Positions 18,638 to 28,455 are shown, numbered from the stretch's first letter. The stretch: DNA of 64,000 nt from Bordetella parapertussis (GCA_945900965.1 CAMDKM010000008.1:33302-97301), one strand, 5' to 3'. A program made the numbers and translations. The notes: a model not told the origin generated them from the sequence alone.

Positions 18638-20104
18638 TCAAGCGTGAGCAAAGGAAGACGAGGCGGGTTTCAACACCGGCGCCGCCACGGGTTTGGCTCC
18701 GCGCAATGTTTGCCAAACGTTGTAGGCCATGATCAGCATTCCCCCCAGGAACAGCACCCCGCCCACCAAGCGGATAACGTAGTAGGGATAGGTGGCCTTG
18801 ACACTTTCGACGAAGGTGTAGGTCAAGGTGCCGTCCGCGTTCACCGCGCGCCACATCAGGCCTTGCATGACGCCGGCGATCCACATGGCGGCGATATAGA
18901 GCACCACGCCGGTGGTGGCGACCCAGAAGTGCGCATTGATCAGCGGCACGCTGTGCATTTCGCTCTTCCCCACCATGCGTGGAATCAGGTAATAGATACA
19001 TCCCACGGACACCATGGCCACCCAACCCAGAGCGCCGGAGTGCACGTGACCGATGGTCCAATCGGTGTAGTGCGACAAGGCGTTCACGGTTTTGATGGAC
19101 ATCATCGGTCCTTCGAAGGTGGACATGCCATAGAAGGACAGCGAGGTAATCAGGAACTTGAGAATGGGATCGGTGCGCAATTTATGCCACGCGCCCGACA
19201 GCGTCATGATGCCGTTGATCATTCCACCCCACGAAGGCGCCAGCAGAATCAGGGAGAACAACATGCCCAGACTTTGCGCCCAATCGGGAAGCGCGGTGTA
19301 ATGCAGGTGATGCGGCCCCGCCCACATGTAGGTGAAGATGAGGGCCCAGAAGTGCACCACCGACAGGCGGTAGCTGTAGATGGGGCGGCCCGCCTGCTTG
19401 GGCACGAAGTAGTACATCATCCCCAGGAAACCGGCGGTGAGGAAAAATCCCACCGCGTTGTGGCCGTACCACCACTGCACCATGGCGTCCTGCACGCCCG
19501 CGTACACCGAGTAGGATTTCCAGAAGCTCACGGGGATCGCCGCGCTGTTGACGAGGTGCAGCAGGGCAACCGTCAGAATGAAAGCGCCGAAGAACCAGTT
19601 CGCCACGTATATGTGCGATACCTTGCGCTTCCACAAGGTGCCGAAGAACACCACGGCGTAGGACACCCATACCAGAGTAATCAGGATGTCGATGGGCCAT
19701 TCCAGCTCGGCGTACTCCTTGGAAGTGGTGATCCCCAGTGGAAGGGTGATGGCCGCCGCCACGATGACCACCTGCCATCCCCAAAACGTGAAGGCGGCCA
19801 AACCATCGGAGAACAGCCGGGTATGGCAGGTGCGCTGAACGCAGTAATACGAGGTGGCAAACAAAGCCGATCCGCCGAAGGCGAAGATCACGGCGTTGGT
19901 ATGCAGCGGTCTCAAGCGGCCATAACTCAACCACGGGATGCCATAAGTCAGGTCGGGCCAGATCAATTGCGCGGCGAGGATCACCCCCACCAACATCCCG
20001 ACAATGCCCCATACCACGGTCACGACGGCGAACTGGTGAACCACCTTGTAGTTGTAGCTGCCTTCGCCTTTTCCTGGAGAAGAGTTTTCAGTCAGATCAG
20101 GCAT
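18638..20104 (-). CDS. ccoN: cbb3 oxidase catalytic subunit I
   Basis: 488 aa heme-copper oxidase with [10 protein letters not shown] and [11 protein letters not shown]. Confidence 0.95.
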   Translation of the reverse strand: MPDLTENSSPGKGEGSYNYKVVHQFAVVTVVWGIVGMLVGVILAAQLIWPDLTYGIPWLSYGRLRPLHTNAVIFAFGGSALFATSYYCVQRTCHTRLFSDGLAAFTFWGWQVVIVAAAITLPLGITTSKEYAELEWPIDILITLVWVSYAVVFFGTLWKRKVSHIYVANWFFGAFILTVALLHLVNSAAIPVSFWKSYSVYAGVQDAMVQWWYGHNAVGFFLTAGFLGMMYYFVPKQAGRPIYSYRLSVVHFWALIFTYMWAGPHHLHYTALPDWAQSLGMLFSLILLAPSWGGMINGIMTLSGAWHKLRTDPILKFLITSLSFYGMSTFEGPMMSIKTVNALSHYTDWTIGHVHSGALGWVAMVSVGCIYYLIPRMVGKSEMHSVPLINAHFWVATTGVVLYIAAMWIAGVMQGLMWRAVNADGTLTYTFVESVKATYPYYVIRLVGGVLFLGGMLIMAYNVWQTLRGAKPVAAPVLKPASSSFAHA

Positions 20105-20329
20105 CGGTTCTCCTTCTTTGGTGACAATTGTTTTTGTTCATGCCGCATTCGTGTAGATCGGTTACGAAGTCCTTCGCATACCACCGTCCGAAACCCTCCC
20201 CTCACCCCCGCCCCTCTGCTCCGCTTCAAGTGTGCCCTTGTCCCCGAGGGCGAGGGGAGAAGGGCCGGGGATGAGGGACGCTTGTGGAAAATGTCGGCCA
20301 AATGTTAGGGAGTGACCCGGTCCGCGCAC

Positions 20330-20343
20330 TTGATCCACGTCAA
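20330..20343. promoter_or_regulatory. FNR-type box TTGATCCACGTCAA
   Basis: Overlaps the ccoS stop codon. Lies about 226 nt upstream of the ccoN ATG, with a REP-like palindrome (about 20195-20285) in between. Confidence 0.6.
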
Positions 20344-20495
20344 ATGCGTGGGCCATGATCGTCGTCTTGAATGACGCGATACGCCGGACCTTCCAGGTCA
20401 TCGAACTGGCCGCTTTTTACGGACCACGAGAAGACCGCGCCGATCAGAAAAACCAGCGCCACGGCCACGGGAATCAGCAGAAAGAGAATGTCCAT
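20340..20495 (-). CDS. ccoS: CcoS/FixS (51 aa, absent from the ORF track)
   Basis: Hand translation gives MDILFLLIPVAVALVFLIGAVFSWSVKSGQFDDLEGPAYRVIQDDDHGPRI, which carries the SGQFDDLEGPA signature. Confidence 0.85.
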   Translation of the reverse strand: MDILFLLIPVAVALVFLIGAVFSWSVKSGQFDDLEGPAYRVIQDDDHGPRI

Positions 20496-20512
20496 CTCTT
20501 AGGGGCTAGGGA

Positions 20513-23008
20513 CTAGGGGCTGGGGGCTAAGGAACCGGGAGATGAGGCTGTCGCGAATGGTCCGGCATGACAGTGTTCCCGGGGCCACAAGCGCAATGCA
20601 TTGAGCATTACGACCAGAGAACTTGCGGCCATGCCGGCGCCAGCCATCCAGGGCGTCAACCACCCGCCGATCGCCAGCGGAAGGGCAATAACGTTGTATG
20701 CCAACGCCCAGGCCAGATTTTGTCGAAGGACGCGCATGGCCCGCTGCGCGATGTGATGACCCTGCGCCAATGCGCCCATGTCGGGCGAGGTCATCACCAC
20801 GTCGGAATGGGCTTGCGCCAGTACCGCGCCGCTACCCATGGCGATGGAAAGGTGCGCGTGCGCAAGCACCGGGGCATCGTTAACTCCGTCGCCGGCCATC
20901 GCTACGAGGGCGCCCTGCGCCTGGAGGGCCTGCATTCGCCGCAATTTGTCCTCGGGCGACAGATCGCCGGCATAGTCCTCGATACCCAGAGCGGCGGCGG
21001 TATGTTGCACAACCGGCTGCGCATCGCCGCTCCAGAGACTGATGCGTATTCCTTGCGAGAGAAACGATCGAACGAGGTCCGACGCGCCGCGTCGAAGATT
21101 GTCTGTGAAATCGAAGTGAGCGAGAACGCCATCCTCATCCCCCATCCACACACGGGTAAGGGATTGCGAAGTCCCTTCGTCGTCGGTGGGGTCCGCCTCG
21201 ATCTGCGTGTCGCATACCCAGCGTCTTTTGCCGAGCCGATATCGCACACCGGCTATGGTGGCTTCGATACCGTGGCCGGGAACATTGCGCACGAAGTCAG
21301 GCACGGGGATCTCGCCGCGACGGGCGCCCAGCGCTTGAAGGAACGCGCGTCCGATGGGGTGCTCGGATTGGCTTTCGATTCCCCCCGCCAATCTCAAGGC
21401 TTCGACTTCGGTCAGTCCTCGATGCGCGACCCCGCGCAGAAGCCGTAGGCGGCCGTCCGTCAAGGTCCCCGTCTTGTCGAATACCATATGCGAGACCCGC
21501 GCCAGCGATTCAATGGCGCGCGCACTGGTGACGATCAAGCCGCGTTTTGCCAGAGATGCAGTAGTCACCGCGAGAACGGTGGGCGTGGCGAGCGAAAGGG
21601 CGCAAGGGCAGGTCACCACCAACACGGCCACTGTAATCCACAGTGCTTTGGATGGGTCGATGAAATACCATCCGATTCCGGTTGCCGTCGCAATCAGCAA
21701 CACCGCCAAGATAAAATAGGCGGCGATCCGGTCGGTAACCTGGATGATGCGCGGCCGCTGCGAGGCGGCACGCTCGACCAGGCGCGCGATGTGCGAGGCT
21801 CGCGTCTGATCGCCGGCGCGCTCCACTTGCATGAGGATTGGCGAAATCCGGTTTACGGCACCTGCAACGACCGCATCGCCGGGTGCGCGGTAGACAGGCC
21901 GGCTCTCACCTGTCAGCAGCGACTCGTCGGTTTCCGTCTCGCCTCGCAGTACGGTCCCATCGGCGGGAATACTTTCGCCTGCCTTAACCAACACAACATC
22001 CCCCGCGGCGAGCAATACCGCAGGTACTTCCTCCTGCTCGTCGCCAAGCGGAAACCCGGGAAGCTTGCGCGCGCTGGCCGGCAACGCGCGCACGATGTAC
22101 TCCAATCCCATGGCCGCTTTTTGTCTGGTTTGCTGTTCGAGGTAACGGGTGAGGAGCAGCAGAAAGGCGAACATGGCGATGGAGTCGAAATAAACTTCTC
22201 CCGTTCCCCGTACGGTGGCGACAGTGCTTGCCAGGAAGGCCGCCAGGATGCCCAGGGCCACTGGCACATCCATGCCCAGAGTGCGATTGCGCAGATCGCG
22301 CCAGGCACCACCAAAAAAGGGGGCGCACGAATACAGCATGACCGGCAAGGTGAGCAGCAGACTTGCCCAGCGCATCAGTGCCTGAATATCCGTGCTCATG
22401 CTGCCGTCCTCGGCCAGATAGGCGGGCAGGGCATACATCATCACTTGCATCATTCCCAGACCGGCGACCGCCAGACGCCACAGGCTGGTGCGGCGCTCCC
22501 GTTGTCGCAACGCATCCACAGCCGCCAGGGTGCTGGGGAACGCCTGGTAACCAATGTCTCTTACGGCCGCCAGGATCCTGGAGAGATGAATGCGGCTCTC
22601 GTCCCAGCGTACCTGCGCGCGCCGCGTCGCGTAATTGACTTCGATTCCAGTAACACCTTCCAGCGCGCCCAGATGCTGTTCGTTCAGCCAGAGGCAGGCC
22701 GAACAGGTAATGCCTTCCAATAACAAGGTGGCCTCGCGTTCGTGCTCGTTCACCCGGCGAACGAAAGTCTTCTGCACCTCCGGGTGGTCGTAGATGGCGT
22801 ATTCATCGGCAGTGCCCGTTGCCGCGAAGGTGGCGGGCAGGGCCGTGCGAGACTCGTAGTAGGAGCCCAATCCCGTGGAAGAAATCATCTCGGCCACCGC
22901 GCGGCACCCCACGCAGCACACGGGCCGGCGGAGATCCAAAACCTGCGCAAACATTGCGGCCCCTGTGGGCAAGGCCTGCCCACAGTGAAAACAACCGGGA
23001 TCGTCCAC
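20513..23008 (-). CDS. ccoI: Copper-translocating P1B-type ATPase CcoI/FixI
   Basis: HMA GITCSAC, TCPCAL, DKTGTLT and GDGVNDAP motifs. The C-terminal SPGSLAPSP is encoded by the taggggctagggactaggggctgggggc repeat. Confidence 0.9.
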   Translation of the reverse strand: MDDPGCFHCGQALPTGAAMFAQVLDLRRPVCCVGCRAVAEMISSTGLGSYYESRTALPATFAATGTADEYAIYDHPEVQKTFVRRVNEHEREATLLLEGITCSACLWLNEQHLGALEGVTGIEVNYATRRAQVRWDESRIHLSRILAAVRDIGYQAFPSTLAAVDALRQRERRTSLWRLAVAGLGMMQVMMYALPAYLAEDGSMSTDIQALMRWASLLLTLPVMLYSCAPFFGGAWRDLRNRTLGMDVPVALGILAAFLASTVATVRGTGEVYFDSIAMFAFLLLLTRYLEQQTRQKAAMGLEYIVRALPASARKLPGFPLGDEQEEVPAVLLAAGDVVLVKAGESIPADGTVLRGETETDESLLTGESRPVYRAPGDAVVAGAVNRISPILMQVERAGDQTRASHIARLVERAASQRPRIIQVTDRIAAYFILAVLLIATATGIGWYFIDPSKALWITVAVLVVTCPCALSLATPTVLAVTTASLAKRGLIVTSARAIESLARVSHMVFDKTGTLTDGRLRLLRGVAHRGLTEVEALRLAGGIESQSEHPIGRAFLQALGARRGEIPVPDFVRNVPGHGIEATIAGVRYRLGKRRWVCDTQIEADPTDDEGTSQSLTRVWMGDEDGVLAHFDFTDNLRRGASDLVRSFLSQGIRISLWSGDAQPVVQHTAAALGIEDYAGDLSPEDKLRRMQALQAQGALVAMAGDGVNDAPVLAHAHLSIAMGSGAVLAQAHSDVVMTSPDMGALAQGHHIAQRAMRVLRQNLAWALAYNVIALPLAIGGWLTPWMAGAGMAASSLVVMLNALRLWPREHCHAGPFATASSPGSLAPSP

Positions 23009-23011
23009 GCC

Positions 23012-23212
23012 CTATGTGGTCTTGGTGCCGCAGGTGTTCATGCCAAAAATCAAATAGGCAGGACACCAGCCGGAGAAAGCCGTGGCCAGCGGCACGATGC
23101 CGATCAGCCCCCACCAACGCATCGGGCCTTCGGCAAAGAGCACCACCAACAGCAACGCAATTCCCAATACGACGCGAACAATCCGGTCCATCTTGCCAAT
23201 GTTCATGTTCAT
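23012..23212 (-). CDS. DUF2892 (YgaP-TM-like) small membrane protein
   Basis: NIGKMDRIVRVVLGIALL...IGIVPLATAFSGWCPAYLIFG. Lies 3 nt upstream of ccoI. Confidence 0.75.
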   Translation of the reverse strand: MNMNIGKMDRIVRVVLGIALLLVVLFAEGPMRWWGLIGIVPLATAFSGWCPAYLIFGMNTCGTKTT

Positions 23213-23283
23213 TCCGAATCTCCCGAGTCAACGACGCATGATCGGCATCCTCGCAATTCGCCGATGACCAATCATCCATTCTT

Positions 23284-23398
23284 AAGGAAACACTGAATAA
23301 GTGTCTTCCCCGCGAAGGCGGTGAACCAGATGTCTTTAAAAAATCTGGATTCTCGTTTTTACGGGAATGACATTTCGGAACTTATTCAGTGTTTCCTT
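23284..23398. mobile_element. 115-bp MITE-like element with perfect 18-bp TIRs and an ATTCCC-N8-GNGAAT core
   Basis: TIRs are aaggaaacactgaataag and cttattcagtgtttcctt. Partial relatives at 9258-9344 and 13848-13875. Confidence 0.8.
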
Positions 23399-23430
23399 AA
23401 AAACTTTGCCAGCTTGCGGGTAAAGGGAGG

Positions 23431-23444
23431 TTGACCTGGATCAA
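23431..23444. promoter_or_regulatory. FNR-type box TTGACCTGGATCAA
   Basis: Reverse complement of the nirK box at 34105. Lies between the divergent DUF2892-ccoIS and DUF5666 lipoprotein genes. Confidence 0.55.
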
Positions 23445-23774
23445 GAAAAATCGGTTCATTCTTCTGTATTAGTTTCGCTCGGGAACCGATGCTTAATCCA
23501 CTCACGAAATGCATCAGGGTCTTGGTGCGAGATTCAGGTTTTCCCTACAGAACGTACCGCCAAATGCCCAGATGATTGTCGGACATCCGACATAGGATTG
23601 CGCGTGAATACCTACATTGCGATCGGTTCTTGGTCTTTTCGTGCAATTCAGAGCTACCAGTGTTGAATGGGGAAGATGTCTGTCTCATAATGAATTCATT
23701 CTTGCGTGCCGCACGAGTCATGAATCTCGGAAAGACCGTGAACGATCTTGAGAAAAGAATTCAGGAGGAAAATC

Positions 23775-24989
23775 ATGTTTATCTTCGCAACGTGGCGCCG
23801 CCGCGTTTCAGTGTCGGCGGTGCTGGCGGGTCTGGTGGGTTCGATGCTTCTGGTGTCTTGTGGCGGGGGTGGTACGGGAGGTACTGGCGGGACGGGCAGT
23901 CCCGCGCCATCGACCGGCGCCAACCTGGCGGTTGGGCCGATAACAGGATTCGGTTCGATCATCGTTAACGGCGTGCGCTACGACGATAGCAGCGCTTCCA
24001 TCGTCGATGATGACGACAGCGCCAGTTCTCGCGACGATCTCAAGCTTGGCGTCGTGGTAGAGGTGAAATCCGGCACGATATCGAACGGCTCGGCCACGGC
24101 ATTGGGGATCGCCTTTGGCAGTTCGCTGGTCGGTCCTGTTGATGCCGGCAGCCAAAACACCGTGGATAAAACCTTGAAGGTTCTGGGCCAAACGGTGAAG
24201 GTCACCGATACTACGGTCTTTGGCGAAGGGCTGACCGGGTTGGATTTAATTGCAGACAACGATATCGTCAATGTTCACGGCATGTTCGATGCCGGCACCG
24301 GCGTCACCACGGCCACCCGCATTGAACTCAAGCCCAATGCGCAGCACTACCGGTTGCGCGGCAAGGTCAGCGATCTGGATATGACCAATAAAACGCTGAA
24401 GATCGGCGGACAATCGGTGAGTTATGCCGAGATGCAAGACAACCCGGTACTGGGGAATCTCGCCAACGACCAGGTAGTGCGTGCACGGCTGAAAACAACA
24501 AAACAAGGGAATTTCTGGGTCGCTACACGCATCAAGTCCGGCGCACCAAGCATGGACGGCGTTAAAGAATTCGAGGTGAAGGGTTTTATCACGGCATTCA
24601 CGACCGCCACGAATTTTAAGATCAACGACCTGCAAGTGGATGCAAGCAACGCGGTGTTCGAAGACGGGCAGGCCGATTTGAAAATCGGGGTTCTGGTCGA
24701 GGTCGAAGGTACGATGCTCAGCGGCGTGCTGGTCGCGAGCAAGGTCGAGGTGGAAGACAGGCGGGATGAACGCATCCCGCGCTTCGAACTGCACGGCGCC
24801 ATTTCGGCGCCCGATACAATAGCCAAGACTTTCGTGCTGCGCGGGCAGACGGTGAATTACGGCGGCACTGTGCAGTACAAGAATGGCGGCGAGGCCGATC
24901 TGAAAATTGGCGCCAGGGTCGAGGTCAAGGGCGTATTGTCGGCCGACAAGACCAGGATCGAAGCGAAAATCATCGAGTTCGAAAGCTGA
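23775..24989 (+). CDS. Lipoprotein built from repeated DUF5666-like beta modules
   Basis: RBS aggagg, lipobox LLVSC and a G/T-rich linker. Recurring units have the form F.V.GQ.V......F..G...DLK.G..VEV.G. Confidence 0.75.
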   Translation: MFIFATWRRRVSVSAVLAGLVGSMLLVSCGGGGTGGTGGTGSPAPSTGANLAVGPITGFGSIIVNGVRYDDSSASIVDDDDSASSRDDLKLGVVVEVKSGTISNGSATALGIAFGSSLVGPVDAGSQNTVDKTLKVLGQTVKVTDTTVFGEGLTGLDLIADNDIVNVHGMFDAGTGVTTATRIELKPNAQHYRLRGKVSDLDMTNKTLKIGGQSVSYAEMQDNPVLGNLANDQVVRARLKTTKQGNFWVATRIKSGAPSMDGVKEFEVKGFITAFTTATNFKINDLQVDASNAVFEDGQADLKIGVLVEVEGTMLSGVLVASKVEVEDRRDERIPRFELHGAISAPDTIAKTFVLRGQTVNYGGTVQYKNGGEADLKIGARVEVKGVLSADKTRIEAKIIEFES

Positions 24990-24995
24990 AGCGCC

Positions 24996-25073
24996 GTAGG
25001 GCACAATAGCGGAGGGTATTGCGCCGAACGATGGTTCCGCGGTTCCGGCCGGTTACGCTTCGCTAACGCTACC
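24996..25073. repeat. REP-like ~80-bp element, second copy
   Basis: Aligns to 2802-2883. Confidence 0.8.
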
Positions 25074-25194
25074 TTTTAACCTATGAAAGTGGCGCGTTGG
25101 GGATTTTCCTGCAATTGGAAAGCGGAAGGGGTCTGGGCCTTTTCGCCGGTTCTGCCGCGCGCCCAGCGCGAAATGGGCGGGCCACCGGAGGACA

Positions 25195-25563
25195 TCAAAG
25201 AGTGCCGGCCAACTGCTTCAATAGCTCCGGCACCTTTTCAAATTCATTGCTCTTGTCGAAGAAGTAATGGGCCCCGTTCTTAATACAAGCTGCGCGGTAC
25301 TGAGGTTCGTTGAAGTTGCTCAAAATGGCCACCTTTGTGGACGGGTGGCTGTGTGCCGTATGTTGGAGCACCCGCATGCCGCTTCCATTGCGCAGGCGGA
25401 TGTCCAGCAGAACCACATCGGGCTGGTGCTGCTGAATTCCGGCGATCGCCGCATCAGGATCTTCGTACATTCCGACCACAACAACGTTGGGAATCGATTC
25501 AAAGGATTCCACCAGTCGTTCCCTGATCGCCTCCGAATCCTCCGCCAGCAGAACTCGTAACAT
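25195..25563 (-). CDS. Receiver-only (CheY-like) response regulator
   Basis: MLRVLLAEDSEAIRERL...PDVVLLDIRLRNGSGMRVL...AILSNF...AHYFFDKS with no output domain. Paralog of 59233-59646. Confidence 0.85.
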   Translation of the reverse strand: MLRVLLAEDSEAIRERLVESFESIPNVVVVGMYEDPDAAIAGIQQHQPDVVLLDIRLRNGSGMRVLQHTAHSHPSTKVAILSNFNEPQYRAACIKNGAHYFFDKSNEFEKVPELLKQLAGTL

Positions 25564-25719
25564 GTGAATTGTTTCCGCGAATCCTTGCTGTGCCCAAACC
25601 AGGCAATCCGCGGCATCTTGAGCCAAGCGGGACTGGTAAGCTGCACACCAAGACTCTTTAATATTAAGAAAATACAACCTCTCTATGGATAATGTTAACC
25701 CGAAAAATAGAATAGTTGT

Positions 25720-25733
25720 TTGACCTCGATCAA
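25720..25733. promoter_or_regulatory. FNR-type box TTGACCTCGATCAA
   Basis: Overlaps the kinase stop codon. Lies about 160 nt upstream of the response-regulator ATG. Confidence 0.5.
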
Positions 25734-28408
25734 GGAAATCCATTGAGAGGGAGAGTGATGCTTACTTTTGTGCCGCCGTCTGTCGATGAACTCAGGTGAA
25801 ATTCGCCGCCGTGAGCCTGAGCCCGTTCACGCATGCCGATGATTCCCCAGTGGCCTGTTTGAACGGACACTGCCGGGTCGAAACCCTTGCCGTTGTCGCT
25901 GATGTCCACGCGGACGGCGCCATTGCTCCGGCTGGCACATAGCGACACCTGAGAAGCGCCAGCGTGACGCCCTACATTGTTAAGGGACTCCTGCACCATG
26001 CGATACAGCGCGTTGGCGATGGCGTCGGGCAAATTGGTACTTTCCACATCTTTGTCGAGTCTTATTTCGCAGGTCATACCGGCGCGCTTCGCTGTTTCTT
26101 GTGTTTGCCACTGGATGGCTGCCCACACACCCAGGGTGTCCAGAATATTCGGGCGCAGATCGTTGATAATGCGGCGGGTGGACTGAATGGCGGCATCGGT
26201 CAGTTCCAGTGACGCGCCAAGGCGCGAAACGACCTTCTCCTTGTCTTCGGCCAACGCGTTTTTCGCCTCGGTCAAGTCCATCTTGATGCCGGTCAGGGTG
26301 GACGCCAGGTCATCGTGAAGCTCGCGTGCAATACGGGTGCGCTCGGATTCCCGCACGTTTTCCATGTGCGTCGAGAGCTCTCGTAGCTGTTCGTTGGTTT
26401 GGGCCAATCTTAAGCGGGCGTTGGTCACCTCGGTTACATCCATCACCGTAACGATCATCCCCACGATTTCGCCCATGTTGTCACGATGCGGAGAGAAAGA
26501 GGAAAGGGTCCAGAGCAAGCTGGGGTCATCCATTGACTCGGCCTCCTCAGGCGTAAGATATCTGTTACTGCCGCGCAGGCGCGGAATGGGGCGTTCGCTT
26601 GTCATGTATTCACCTGCGAGGGCGCGTTGCAAAGTGGCGTCCAGACGCATCGCGCGAATATCCGGAAACAATTCGTAGATATTCCTGCCCATCGCATGGT
26701 CTTTTGAGTGGCCGGTCAGCACTTCGAGAGACCGGTTCCAGGCCACCACCCGAAGATCCCGGTCGTAGACTGCAATGCCTTCATTGACGCTGCTCATCAC
26801 CTCTTCGTTGAAGCGAAGCGAGCCCTTGAGGGCATCCTCGGCCGCCTTGCGGACGGAGATGTCGCGCAAAATCACGGTGTAACGATGCTGGGCATCTTCA
26901 CTCAGCCGGGAAATCGAGGCGTCAATCGGAAACTCCTCGCCGTTGGCGCGCAAGCCGAACAAGGGGAGGTCCGTTCCCATGGCGCGGACCGTCTCGCCAG
27001 TGGTGCCGAAGTTGTTGACGCGAGCGTGATGGCGGTGTCGAAAGCGCTCGGGGATCAGAAGGTCCAGGGGCGTACCCAACATTTGTTCGCGGGTCCAGCC
27101 GAAGATCTTCTCCGCCGCCGGATTGAACAATACGATGTGCTGGGCATCGTCGATGGTGATGATGGCCTCCTGGGCCAACTCTATGATCCGTTGGAGTTGT
27201 GATTGGGTCTGGTAATGGGCCTGTTTTTTCTGGCGTGCCGTATTCTCCGCACGCCGCCGTGTGGAGGCACTGGACCAACTTGCAAAAAACAAAAATATGC
27301 TGATAAGGCCTCCGCCTATCAGGGTGTGGATCGGTTTTCCGGTATTGAATGCCTCCGCGAATTCGGGCTTGGCAAAGATTTCGATGGACCAGGTCCGGCC
27401 GTAAACTGGCACGGAGATGGATTTGTGCAGGGTCGCATTCAACATAGTTGAATAGTGCCGGTCGCCGGTCCGATAAAGTAAGGACTCCAAAGACTGGATT
27501 GCAGTGTCCGAGATTTCGATGTCCAAGGAGGCAAAGGACTCGGTATGCCCTTTGGCGAAGAAGTCTTTTGCCCTGAAAGCTGCAAATACAAAGCCTGATA
27601 CATCGTGCTCGGATGGCCGGGCGGAATGTGTTGCGTCGGTATACACGGGTAAATAAAGCAGCAAGCCCGGATCAGGATAAACCTGATTGGCGTCTTGAGC
27701 GAGCACCACCTTGGAGGTGAGCCCCGGCGAGCCCGAACGCCGCGCGTGCAGCAGGGCATCACGCCGAACCACTTCGGAATACATGTCGAAACCCAAGGCC
27801 TTGCGATTGATGGCATTCAAGGGCTCGACATAGGTGACGGGAGTCATCAGCGGCCTTTCGCCCGGCGGATAGATGGCGAAGCCTGGAGTCTCTGCCTTCT
27901 CGGCGCGTTCAAGGCCAGCCCGCTGGCGTCCTGAAATCAGGGGTGCATATCCGAAAGACTGAATTTCGGGAAAATAGCGCTGAGGGTGCAGGGTCGCGAC
28001 GTATTCCCTCCAGGCAGAGTGGTCCACGCCGCGATGCACGGCGAACAACCCCTGGGCGCCACGCAATAAATGCTCATAGTCGTTCAACCGGCTGACAATG
28101 GATGCCGCCTGCTGGTGCGCACGAACCTGAAATGCCGCGTCGATACCTTCCCGAATATCCTGACGCAACATATGCCAGGCGGCAAAGGTGCACGCCAGGC
28201 AGACCAGCAGCAGTGTCCAGGGCAGGGCCGAGCGCAGGCCATTCCTGGAGGGCAAGGTCATGCCGAGAATATGTGGGGTCGACATAGGGAAAAGGCTAAA
28301 GGGTCTGTGGACAGTGTGCCAACTCATATTACCCGGACAATTGCCACTACCGGAACTACTTTCAATAGATCGAGGTAATCCGTGTACTGAAAACATGGGG
28401 TGAACCAC
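25730..28408 (-). CDS. CHASE-PAS-PAS HisKA_3 sensor histidine kinase
   Basis: CHASE-like periplasmic region (GFDMYSEVVRRDALLHARRSG), two PAS domains, H-box ARELHDDLAS and an HATPase domain. The true start among several Met codons is uncertain. Confidence 0.85.
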   Translation of the reverse strand: MVHPMFSVHGLPRSIESSSGSGNCPGNMSWHTVHRPFSLFPMSTPHILGMTLPSRNGLRSALPWTLLLVCLACTFAAWHMLRQDIREGIDAAFQVRAHQQAASIVSRLNDYEHLLRGAQGLFAVHRGVDHSAWREYVATLHPQRYFPEIQSFGYAPLISGRQRAGLERAEKAETPGFAIYPPGERPLMTPVTYVEPLNAINRKALGFDMYSEVVRRDALLHARRSGSPGLTSKVVLAQDANQVYPDPGLLLYLPVYTDATHSARPSEHDVSGFVFAAFRAKDFFAKGHTESFASLDIEISDTAIQSLESLLYRTGDRHYSTMLNATLHKSISVPVYGRTWSIEIFAKPEFAEAFNTGKPIHTLIGGGLISIFLFFASWSSASTRRRAENTARQKKQAHYQTQSQLQRIIELAQEAIITIDDAQHIVLFNPAAEKIFGWTREQMLGTPLDLLIPERFRHRHHARVNNFGTTGETVRAMGTDLPLFGLRANGEEFPIDASISRLSEDAQHRYTVILRDISVRKAAEDALKGSLRFNEEVMSSVNEGIAVYDRDLRVVAWNRSLEVLTGHSKDHAMGRNIYELFPDIRAMRLDATLQRALAGEYMTSERPIPRLRGSNRYLTPEEAESMDDPSLLWTLSSFSPHRDNMGEIVGMIVTVMDVTEVTNARLRLAQTNEQLRELSTHMENVRESERTRIARELHDDLASTLTGIKMDLTEAKNALAEDKEKVVSRLGASLELTDAAIQSTRRIINDLRPNILDTLGVWAAIQWQTQETAKRAGMTCEIRLDKDVESTNLPDAIANALYRMVQESLNNVGRHAGASQVSLCASRSNGAVRVDISDNGKGFDPAVSVQTGHWGIIGMRERAQAHGGEFHLSSSTDGGTKVSITLPLNGFP

Positions 28409-28455
28409 TTAGGAAAAAAATATCCCGGGAAGCCGGTCTACCACGCAGCGGCACT

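Noticed and set aside
18628-18641. Near-match TTGCCTCCGGTCAA between ccoN and ccoO, and near-match TTGCGCAAGGTCAA at 1813-1826 upstream of the PRTase gene
   Set aside because: Each has 1-2 mismatches in the left half-site. The first coincides with the ccoO ribosome-binding site inside an operon. They are too weak to call.
18122-20308. 728-aa plus-strand ORF spanning the whole ccoO-ccoN region
   Set aside because: It is antisense to two unmistakable cbb3 subunits. The translation is low-complexity (H/G/R/Q/D-rich) with no motifs. Long antisense ORFs are expected in GC-rich coding DNA.
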